A stretch of 64,000 nucleotides of DNA, from contig NC_043013.1 in the NCBI RefSeq assembly GCF_006345805.1, positions 42,842,001 to 42,906,000 of the forward strand, in the 5' to 3' direction. Of this stretch, positions 53,101-64,000 are shown piece by piece. The translations under genes were made by a program, and so were the position numbers. Below the pieces are notes generated by a model, which was not told the origin of the DNA, ran no database searches, and was given only the letters and a program-made list of their open reading frames with translations. How positions within the stretch are numbered: position 1 is the first letter of the stretch; each line of letters opens with the position of its first letter. Origin of the DNA: Octopus sinensis. Its lineage: Eukaryota.

Positions 53101-56100
53101 GAGTTTCTACAGCTGGATGCCCTTCCTAACGCCAACCACTCCGAGAGTGTAGTGGATGCTTTTACATGCCACCAGCACGGGGGCCAGTCAGGTGTTACTG
53201 GCAACGACTGCGCTTGAATTTGTTACACATGCCAACGGCACAGGTGGCAGTAAGGCGATGCTGATAACAATCCCGCTCGAATGGTGCCTCCTACAAGCTA
53301 CCGGCATGGAACCTAGTTAGCCGCTCTGGCAATGATCACGCTCGGATGGTGCTCTTAGCACCCTACTAGCATGGGGCACATGTGCCAGTAAGGCAAAGCT
53401 GGCAACAATCACACTCGAATGGTGCCTTTTATGTGCCACTGGCACGGAAGCTGGTGAGCTGCTCTGTCAACGATCACGCTTGTATGGTGCTCGTGCCCAA
53501 TCTAACAAACAAAACAAACATGAAATTATTCAGGGGGAATAAAATACAATTCAGTCAAATAAGTTGTATCAAAGACACCAAAAAAAAAGCAATGAGTTTA
53601 TGTCATAAGCATTTAGAAACGTTGAGAGAGTGTGAAATAATTTGTTCTCATCTGTACAGCCCACTGTAGATAAAGCTATAAATAATAACAAGTAAATATT
53701 GGCTTAAAAACATTTTTGGATAGAAAAAGGCAAAGTGTGCCTGAGGGACAATGGTAGAATGTCTGTCAAATTTACAGAAGATGTAAGGTCTTGCCCAAGG
53801 GTAGCCTTTTGGCCTTTTCTAACTAAAAGGGTTCTTAACCCAATATTTACATGATACTATTTATGGCTTTAGCTACTTAAAGTTTTACAGTGAAAAATTA
53901 ACCATTAAGTTCACAGTATGACAGTATAACGACATAATCTGTCTAACTCACCGTAACATCTCAGCAGAACGCATCTCTTCTTCATGCCTTTCCATTTCCA
54001 AAAGTTCTTTTTCCAGCCTGTATCTTAATAATTTCTCTTTCTCAAGTTTCATTCTCTCTAACCTGAAAAGTGTGAAAGAATTCAAAGATATCATCAAAAA
54101 TTTAAACAGAAAATAAAAATGAAAATGACAATCCCTGCCTACACTCACCAACTTGTAGATACCCTGACACATGTTACTCTACAAGAATACGCAAGAGACA
54201 TTCTTTTGAATATAGGAGATATTACATATTTGTCCACATGTCATTTTACAAAACTTAAATATTAGGAATGTCAGATGATGCTTATACATTTATATAGAAA
54301 CTATAAAGGTATGCAGAATAAAGAAAAGCCTCTTGATATAGAATATAAACACATTTCATCCCTTGGGAAAAGGAAGTGAGTCAGGGACACAGTAATAGAG
54401 TATCAGACTCCTAAACAATGGACCAACATCACTGTGAGGTGGACAAAGATAAGTACCATGAAGAGGCATCATGTAACAACCTGTCATTTAGAAAAGAAAA
54501 CAAAAACACATAGATACTATAAGTACTATAGAAAGCCAAAAAATGGAATTGTTACACCTGGTAGGTCTTTGATCATAGTTTTGCATAACTAAATACAAAG
54601 AACAGTTCACAACAAGAATTGGGGAACTGTTTGTCCAACAATCGTTTCTTAACCTTTCATTGCTAGGTTCAATTCTTTCATGGGTTTTGAAAGAGCACTG
54701 AGAAAAGCTGCTCCAAATATACCATCCTCCTTTTACCTCACAACAGAGTCTAAAATTTACAATGGTGTCCAACAAACTCACTGGATTATCAAATTTTAAA
54801 AATAATATCAGGAGACTGCTAAAACAATTTAAACGGAGAATCATCATCATCGTTTAACGTCTGCTTTCCATGCTAACATGGGTTGGACGGGTTGATTGAG
54901 GACTGGCAAGCCAGAAGGCTGCACCAGGGTCCAATCTGATCTGGCAAGGTTTCTACAGCTGGATGCCCTTCCTAACGCCAACTGCTCCAAGAGTGTAGCA
55001 GGTGCTTTTTATATGCCAGTCCAGTGGGACTGGCATTGACCATACTTGAATGATGCTTTTTATGTTCCCCCGGCACAGGTGCTAGTCAGGTGGTACTGGC
55101 ATCGGCTACGACAATGATTTCACTTGACTCAACAGGTCTCTCAAGCATAGTTTATTGCCTAATGATTGAAGGGTACTCTTCAAAGGGCTGGTTATGTGAC
55201 ACCAGCATAGGCCATGGTTATGGTCTCATTTGGCTTGCCGGGTCTTCTCAAGCTTAGCTTATCTCCAAAGGTCTCGATCACTTGTCATTGACTCCACGAG
55301 GTCCAACAATCGAAGGTCATGCTTCACCACTTCACCCCAGGTCTTCCTGGGTCTACCTCTTCCACAGGTTTCCTCCACTGTTAGCGTGTGACACTTTTTT
55401 ACACAGCTGTCCTCGTCTATATGCAACACATGACCATACCAGCGCAGTTGTCTCTCTTGCACACTCTATCTGATGCTTCTTATGTCTATGAACTTTGCCC
55501 AGGCTATTCTTATTCTAGCAGCTATGCTTTCAGAGCATCCACCCCCGCTACTGACTTGGTCACTTAGGTAATGGAAGCTATCAACTACTTTCAGTTTTTT
55601 CCCCACTGTGCATCTGCTACACACAAAAACTATCTTCCCAGTTAGCCTTCCTTTGAGATTGCTGCACCTCTTATGTGTCCATAGCTTACACCAGGTACAT
55701 CTTATGAAGTTTCTACCTACGCCTTTTCTACAGATTGAGCAGGGCCATCTACTTGAAGGGATTTGTGATTTGTCTGCCTTCCTATTTATTAAGACTTTGG
55801 TTTTTGCTAGATTGACTCTAAGGCATTGGTCAACCTAAGTCTATGATAGAAAACACCTGTCCAAAATGATTCACAATGACACTGAATTTGATATTATTGA
55901 GGTGTTAAGGAAACTTCTTACCCACACAATCATGCAGTTTTGTCTTAAGCAGTTTAAACGTGAATGCACTTTTAACAAACCTTATCTTCTCTCTAACACT
56001 GTCCAATCTTATGGCCTCCTCCTTCAGTTTCTGTAACAGTAACAACATAATCTGTCTCACTTACCGCAACATCTCAGCAGAATGCATCTCTACATCACGC

Positions 56101-58280
56101 CTTTCCATTTCAAGAAGTTCTTTTTCCATTCTGGATCTTAATAGTTTCTCTTTTTCTAGTTTCATTTTCTCTAGTTTCATTCTCTCTGATCTGAAAAGTG
56201 TGAAGGAATATAAAAATAACATTAAGAATTTAAACGGAAAAAAACAAAAAAAATTTTTTTAACGAAAATCCCTACCTACACACACCAACTTCTATGTACC
56301 CTGACACATGTTATTCTACAAGAATACCCAAGAGATATTCTTTTAAGTCTAGGTGAAATTACGTATTCATCCAAATGTCATTAAATGAAGCTTAAATATT
56401 AGGGATGTCCGATGACAGTGAGGAATCAACACAGAAACTATAAAGGTAAGTAGAATAAAGAATAGCTTCATAATCCAGAATATTTAAGGGATAAAGATAA
56501 AATACAAATACATTTTATCACTTGTAAATGTGTAGTGTATCAGAAGGACAAAATGACCAGAATACTAACATCATTGTGAGCTGGACAAAGACACATAAAT
56601 CTTCAGTTAACATTCACATAACACTTAAATAAGTACCATCAGGTGATATTATATAACACTAGCACTATGACCCGGCGTTGCCAGGTCATAGTGCTAGTGC
56701 ATGCATATACAGCTGCGTGTGTGCGCACATACACACTAGTACTGTCCAAATCTCTGACCAATCCTATACAGTTAGCTGGCATTCAATAGGTGTATCAAGT
56801 TTCGGGCATTTTGATTGGATTTTGGATAGAAAATTCACAAAAAAGTCACTTCTATTGATTTTTTTAATGGTTTTGCAGGGTGACTGGGGAAATGTAAAGA
56901 TGTGCACGACCACCCTTGGATGGTTTTGAATGACTGTAGAAAGTGCGAGCCCTCTAACTAAAAGATTGATTTGTATAAAGGACACACACATAGACAGACA
57001 TTTTGCCGTTTATATATATAGAGATACTATCATTTAGAAAAAATACATAGATAATATAGTCCGATAGATAGCCTTGAAAAGAAGAATGGTTACAGCCTTT
57101 GATCATAGGACAGCATGATAACTAAAGAATAACACAAAGAACAGTTCATCACAACAATCAAGTAACTGTTTGTCTGACAATCATTTCTTTAATTTTCACT
57201 GCTAAGTTCAATTCTTCCTTGGGTTTTGAAAGGATATTGAGGAAAATTACTCCAAATATGTCAGCCTCTCTTTGTCCCAAAACAGAATTAAAAAATTACA
57301 ATGGTGTCCAACAAACCTACAGAGTTATCAGATCTTAAAACTAAAAATACCAAAAGATTGCTAAAACAATTTAAACAAAATATATAAATAATAAATATAT
57401 CACTGAATTCATCTTACATGTTCTGATCTTTAATTTTCTTCTCATATATACTGATTATCTTTCTTCTTTTCCCATTCATTTAAAATAACCAGTGATCAAA
57501 TTCCATATTCCAGATATGCCACAAATACAGTCTAAGAGATCTTTGAAATATCTTTAGAGTTTCATCAGAAGAGAAAGAGCAGTATTTAAAGTGCTTTCTT
57601 GGTGTGTCCAAGGCTATTAGAAGGAGGGAAGAACTTGTCTTTAGATCAGAGACCCATCTTGGAAGTGTGAAAGAGTGTGTACTCAGCTAAAGGCCTCCAA
57701 GAACCAGATGTGGAGTTAAACCAGGTGACAGAAGTATTCTGTCACAAAAACTTGAATAGTCTTTCAGACAAGGTTTAATGTTTCTATCTACAAAAAAATT
57801 TCACTGACAAAGCATTGGTCAACCTGAGCTTATGATACAAGACACTTGCCTGATGTGCTGCACATTGAACCTGAAACAATGTTATTGTTAAATAAATTTA
57901 ACCATACAGTGATGGAATCCAACATTAAAAATTGCAATTTTAGTGGAATTTCAAATAACCTTAACTGCTTCCGCACCATGTCCAATCTTATGGCCTCCGT
58001 CTTCTGTTTTTTTCCCACATTTTTCTGAAGCTTTAAAGCTAACCGATGTTTTTGTGGCCGACCTTTCTCCTGTGCTTTAAGGTCAGGTTTTCTCCGACGT
58101 GTATTCTCTATTCTTCTTTCCTTCAACAAATTTGGTGGAAATTTTATTTTTATTTTCAAAAATGGGAAAAGGAAATGAGAATGATTTTCAAGTAGCAAAG
58201 AATAAAACAACAATATAAAATGCTTAACTCTGCCCCCCCCCCATAAAATGAACCGATTCTACAGAACAAATGCATGTGTG

Positions 58281-58336
<56 letters not shown>

Positions 58337-61300
58337 ATGTGTGTGTGTGTGTGTGTGTATCATCATCATCATCATTTAACGTCCGCTTTCCATGCTAGCA
58401 TGGGTTGAATGATTTGACTGAGGACTGGCAAACTAGATGGCTGGTTTACTAACACACACTGCCCACAGCTGATTTACTAACACACACTGATTTACTAACA
58501 CTCTGCCCACAGCTGAATCTATTAAAAGGAGAAGAGGAACTGACAAAGCTGATCACATATTCTTAATTCAATAGCTGACCATTTGGTTTATAAACAAAAC
58601 AATAAATTGAGGATGTCTCACCCTTTCAACTGTTAATCTCATACCATTCACTTGAGATTTATTCAACCACATTATACATTGCAAAGCTTCAGCCTCAGTA
58701 GACATAGTAACAAAAGCATGACATCGACCGCTACGTTTGTATAACTTTGTAACCTTTTGGCAATCCTCAACCTAATAAAAAATAAAGAATTAAAATTTCA
58801 TACATGAAAAATTCAGTCTGTATTCAGCTCCAGTGTCAGTAGCAGCAGTATCATCCTCACTAACAACATATCAATTCTAAATTATTAGAATGACATTGCA
58901 GATTTAAGTAAAACTCACTTCAGGAAGCAAGGTAAGAGAATAGGGAGATTACCATATTTCATAGCATAAAAGACACATGGACATATTGAATCTGCCTATT
59001 TCAGCAGTAATACCCGCAAGAGAAAGTTTTTAGTGCATTGAAGTAATACAAGCCCAATATTGTATATAGGACTAGAGGTGACTATTTGAGATATTTCTCT
59101 GAAATGCATTTCATATACCATCAAATGCAGTAATTTTTGGTCTAATAATCTGGTCTGGGGGAAAGGGTGGTGCCCATGGCCTTCACAGGTTCTGAAACAA
59201 ATGAAATCTACAAGAGTAATATTTCTTCTGAACAATTTCAACTGACAGCTGTAAGGAAAGAACTGCAGTAAGCCAACATTCTGAGAAAATAAAAGGACTC
59301 GGAATAGAGATTAGTGTGTAGTATGGGGTTAGGTTTAGAAACAAGAACATACAAGTCAGTAAGGGCTGTTCAATTGGAGGTGATACAAGACAAGCCAGCA
59401 CCAAAGAACAAGTTTTGCTGAAGTAACTAACTGTTGTAAAAGCAGAGAAAAGAGTCAGCATATCTTTGGATTAAAGACTGAAGAGTATTGTCAACAGAAT
59501 CAGACAATTTTATTGGGAATGCTTGCAGATTAGAGCAGGAATCAGGGAAGGTAGGGCTGTACTGTAACACAAAGAAAACAGAACTGCAAGTATTCAATCA
59601 CGAAATGCCTGTGTCAGTGAAAATGAGAGACGGTAAGTTGTTCAAGGTAGTTGAAAGTTTCAAATACCTTGGTGTGTGGACATGAAGTACTGAAAAAACA
59701 TCATAGCAAGGAAAGCTCTTGCCTGGAGTGCATGCCATAAATTGAGAAAGGTATGGAGTTTAAAGTTAGCAAAGAAATTGAAAGTGAGGTTCGTTTCTGG
59801 CAACAGTGGAGTCTGTTCTTTTATTCAGGACTGAAACATGGATGCTCACTAAAGCACTGAAGAAACAGTTGGTCGGTTGTTATACGAGGATGCTTAGAAT
59901 GGCAATGTCTCCTGGAAGAGTCATACAACAAACACTGACTTATACCAGGGACTAGCAAAAGTAACACTGAAGATACTGCTATGCTGAAAATATGTGTTCA
60001 CAAGAAGAGAACTTTCTTGACGGTGAAGCTATGCTTTTGCAGAAACTTTAGAAGTTCAGCTGTATGCTCTTCATGCCTAGAGGATGTAAGTGATTTTGTT
60101 TACTTGGTATGTGCAGTGATTATGCCTTTATACTGGAGGAGGAGGAGGAGTCAAGATTGATATAATCCTATTGAAGAATGTTTTCAATGACTCAGTTCAA
60201 GTCAGTACAGGTTTTGTACAATCATACAGACGATGCTTGGGGACAAGCAGTGAGATAGGATCCAATAATACAGACACCTGCGCAGGAATGAGCTCTGTTG
60301 AAGACAATGGAAAGTAAATCACTGATGTATAAAAAGACAAAACTAAACCCTTGGTACACCAATGTTGACAGAATGTGAGTCTAAGAAAGCTCTATATACA
60401 TGGTGACATGTATGAACCCATACATGAATAGAATAGTTGAGAGACTTACAAGTCAAGTACAGTTGAAGGCTTGATTGATGTCAAAGTATAACAATGTTGT
60501 TTCCACCAAATGTTTTCATTAAAAGCAAAATTCCATTGGTGAGAAACATATGAACAGGTCTACAGTTAATATGTCCATTAAAAAGCCTTACTGGTAGCTA
60601 TTAAGGAGCGAGAGACATTTAAACGGCTGGAACAGATGGTTGTTAGGACTTTCTTCATCACATCTGAAATGTTAGAAGTGAGTATAGTTCAACAATTATT
60701 GGTGTTTGTAGCACAATTCCAAAGACTGCAATATATCACAGTGTGCTTGCAACAGAGCAAACTCCATAGAAAGCATAATGATTTTAGGAGTGTACAGTAT
60801 GATGTATTTATTGAATGGAAAGAAAAAGCCAAACACTTTACATGGTCACTCTTTAAATGTGGGAAGACATGACAAATACGAGAATGGTGCGATAATTTGA
60901 TAAATGGAAAATGAAAGAAGCCTCTATGTGTGTGCGTGTGAGCGCATGTTTCTATCTTGACATCATCATCATCATCGTCGTTTATCGTCCGTTTTCCATG
61001 CTAGCATGGGTTGATTGTTGTAAATGAATGCAAAAACATGCCTGGCCATCAGGGAAATATTACCTTGCTTGGAAACAAGGGTTGATGACAGGAAATGCAA
61101 CTGGTTGTAGAAAATCTTCAATAAATTCTATTCAATCCATGAAAACATGGAAAAGTGGATGTTAAAACAATTCTGAAAATCACGACAATCATTATTAATA
61201 AATAACATTTATTGAAAGACATAAAACACATTTCATTCAACATACCTTGCCATACTTGCTAAAAATTGAGATGAGGACTTTATCAGGGATATTTGCAGGA

Positions 61301-61529
61301 AAGCCACAGACCCACAGATTCCGATTGATTTGGTCATTGCCTATTGATATAGGAATGTATCAATAAATACAAAAAGATGATGAGGAAATGCAACCCAGTA
61401 AGGTCAGAATTTCAAATAATTCAAAGAAAAGCAACAAGCTTAGAAAGTAAGCAAAGAGAATGTGAGAAAACATGCAAAAGAAAAAAGAAATTACCTTTTT
61501 TGGCAGCTTTGGGCTCAGAAACCAAAGAA
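48475..61529 (-). CDS. SAFB: SAFB/SLTM-like gene, copy B (3' part, about 479 aa; 5' exons lie beyond the window end)
   Basis: Exons 5'->3': 61495-61529, 61246-61340, 58622-58771, 57960-58120, 56065-56190, 53952-54062, 51691-51837, 49635-49820, 49221-49354, 48475-48770. All are GT-AG, phase-compatible and stop-free. Nine are homologous to copy A exons, and intron homology continues to the window end. Confidence 0.88.
50091..50175. repeat. (AT)n microsatellite; similar (AT)n/(CA)n tracts at about 380-486, 23905-23946, 58279-58358 and 61710-61806
   Basis: Directly visible. Confidence 0.95.
54840..55490 (-). mobile_element. RTE-type LINE 3' fragment with RT C-terminus
   Basis: QERQLRWYGHVLH...CGRGRPRKTWGEVVKHDLR, followed by the 3' UTR and (GAT)n tail. 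Further tails at about 39.7, 46.8, 49.9, 53.0, 58.4, 61.0, 61.8 kb and (plus strand) 62.4-62.7 kb. Confidence 0.9.
56659..57024 (-). mobile_element. Non-autonomous Helitron, copy-B-specific
   Basis: A|TC start, gacctggcaacgccgggtc hairpin and CTAG|T end. The flanks join to match the uninterrupted copy A intron near 21040-21055. Confidence 0.8.
58622..61340 (-). CDS. SAFB: Copy B divergent RRM exons (61246-61340 and 58622-58771)
   Basis: NRNLWVCGFPANIPDKVLISIFSKYGK / VEDCQKVTKLYKRSGRCHAFVTMSTEAEALQCIMWLNKSQVNGMRLTVER. Exon lengths (95 and 150 nt) and splice sites are the same as in A. Confidence 0.9.
59490..59990 (+). mobile_element. Decayed LINE RT C-terminal fragment (RTE-like)
   Basis: KVGLYCNTKKTE...VESFKYLG and TVESVLL...ETWMLTKALKKQLVGCYTRMLRMA. 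Confidence 0.8.
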
Positions 61530-61727
61530 CTGTAACAATAAAATAATTATTTAGAAACAGCATCATCATCATCAATAGAGAATTTTAAAGGACTTTAATG
61601 GATTATAATTTCAACATTGATGCAAGTGAAAACTGGCAAACCTACACCATACAACTTTACATTAATGTGCTTGATCTAAATAAACACAATGTATATCTGT
61701 GTGAGTGCATGTGTGTGTGTGTGTATG

Positions 61728-61797
<70 letters not shown>

Positions 61798-62843
61798 ATA
61801 TATATATCATCATCATCATCATCATCATCATTTAGCGTCCGTTTTCCATGCTAGCATGGGTTGGACGGTTCAACTGGGGTCTGGGGAGCCCGAAGGCTGC
61901 ACCAGGCCAGTCAGATCTGGCAGTGTTTCTACAGCTGGATGCCCTTCCTAACGCCAACCACTCCGAGAGTGTAGTGGGTGATTTTATGTGCCACCGACAC
62001 AGGTGCCAGACGAGGCTGGCGAACGGCCACGCTCGGATGGTGTTTTTATGTGCCACCCAGGGATGTACTGCCTGGGTAGGCAAGGTAGGCAGTACCTACC
62101 CTAAATAAAATAGATCGATAGTAATATTTTCCTTTTCGGCAAAATATGCACCTAATTCAATAAAATTATGAAGGTTACTCTGATTACTATGCAAAAAATA
62201 CAAAATATTTTATTTTTTTGTAGATTAGGTAGGCATAATTTGCCCCTGCCTTTCAATCTCAGTATTAAAGCTACGCATAGAACTGCTGTAGTACACATGC
62301 TGCGTACATTCCTACAACAATGTTTTCTTTACGTGCTATAAGACATGTTGGGGCAAGCGAAATCGAAATCGAATTGAACCAGCCAGGATCCCTGGTCTGG
62401 TGGTACGTAAAAAGCACCATCCGACTCGTAGCCGATGCCAGCACCGCCTCGTCTGGCTTCCGTGCCGGTGGCACATAAAATACACCAATCCGACCGTGGC
62501 CGTTGCCAGCCTCGCCTGGCACCTGTGCAGGTGGCACGTAAAAAGCACCCACTACACTCACGGAGTGGTTGGCGTTAGGAAGGGCATCCAGCTGTAGAAA
62601 CACTGCCAGATAAGACTGGAGCCTGGTGCAGCCTTCTGGCTTCCCAGATCCCCGGTCGAACCGTCCAACCCATGCTAGCATGGAGAACGGACGTTAAACG
62701 ACGATGATGATGATGATGAAAAGAGTAAGTAAATCTGCCCACAACTCCGTCGCATGCCTATGTTTCACATTATTTTTTTATGTGTTTAAATACATAAAGG
62801 CACCAACTGCCTACCCTGAATAATTACTGATGGCACATGCCTG

Positions 62844-62875
<32 letters not shown>

Positions 62876-64000
62876 ATACAGACACAAAAACCTATCTGCA
62901 TTTACATATCTATTAGTTAAAAGACAGCATCAAAGTACATTAGAATGATGTTGCCGTCTTCCTAGTTAGCAAAGCATACTGAATGCTCCACAACATAAGT
63001 TTCTTACCAATACTATCAAATTAATATTGCATGTAATGGAAATATGATGATGAAAGAAGCTTACCTGTTGTAAAGATGTGTTTATGTAGAAGTGATTTAT
63101 TATCACCTTTCAGGAATAAATGAATACAAAAGACACTAATTTCAAATGAAGATATTGGTTATGACGATAAATGGATTACCTAAACTAGCTAACTGTCACT
63201 GCACATCAGCAATGTATGACTAACACTTATGACGAAAGATGTACAGAAATACAGGAACTATAGTCTTCATGAAGCTAAAAAGAGGTCAGCAAGCAATGTG
63301 GAATTCCCTAAATGGTAACTGCTAATTTAGCAGGAACATGGCTGGAATACGAACACAATTAACTTAGTCTTCTGGTTTTCCAAACATCTTCCAATCTGTA
63401 TCTTGTCAGAAAAATTATTAATTATCTAACATCCACTGAGTCATGTCTATATTCTTGGGGACTCAGGATCCCCACCTCCTCTGCTTCAGGTGTTTGTTGT
63501 CATCTTCATCCAAAAAGACATTTTTGGTTCTTGACATGGGTTAATCTGTTCTTGTAGTTAATCTGTCACTAATTCGGTAATCACATCTAACATTGAGCAT
63601 GCGTAATAACACAGTCAAGCCCCAAACAATTTGCTGGCCTCTTTTTATTTCATGAACTATAGTTTATAATAACCAAGTAAAATATGATGAATATTTACTA
63701 ATATAAGTAGTGCAACATTAACTACCAACTATTCATATTGGGATCACCACATGCCCCCACCCAAAACACTACATTAATCTGTTAAGAGACTATAGCAAAT
63801 AAACATGGAGGAAACAGGCTTTAACGAGAAACTAACGGAAAGATATCTTGACATGTTTAGGTCAGTTATGGCCCAGGCTATGTTGTACTTACTTGTACCA
63901 CCACAGTACAATCATTATAGTATATTTTTATGCTTTCTGAAGACTAGAGAGATGTCTACCATATTGTTAGTAGTCTGGAATTCAACCCCACACTCAAACC

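Overview
AT-rich eukaryotic genomic DNA packed with microsatellites, tRNA-derived SINEs, RTE-type LINE tails, mariners and Helitrons. The repeat complement looks like octopus/coleoid cephalopod; this is an inference from repeat recognition, not verified. The window is dominated by a head-to-tail tandem duplication (offset about 32 kb) of a minus-strand SAFB/SLTM-family gene (SAP - acidic region - RRM - Glu/Arg coiled coil - Gly-rich tail). Copy A (about 15.5-43.8 kb) has 18 intact GT-AG exons and a canonical SAFB RRM, but its SAP exon lacks an ATG and carries a +1 frameshift. Copy B (48.5 kb to beyond the window end) has 10 intact in-frame exons in the window. Its RRM is only about 43% identical to A's by hand count, while introns look about 80-85% identical. 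The copies have lost different exons, share an older internal exon duplication, and share a conserved intronic block with a candidate poison exon. The left 12 kb holds exons of an unidentified minus-strand gene, a decayed Gypsy integrase and an RFX X-box-rich promoter. Exon coordinates were derived by hand; repeat boundaries are approximate.
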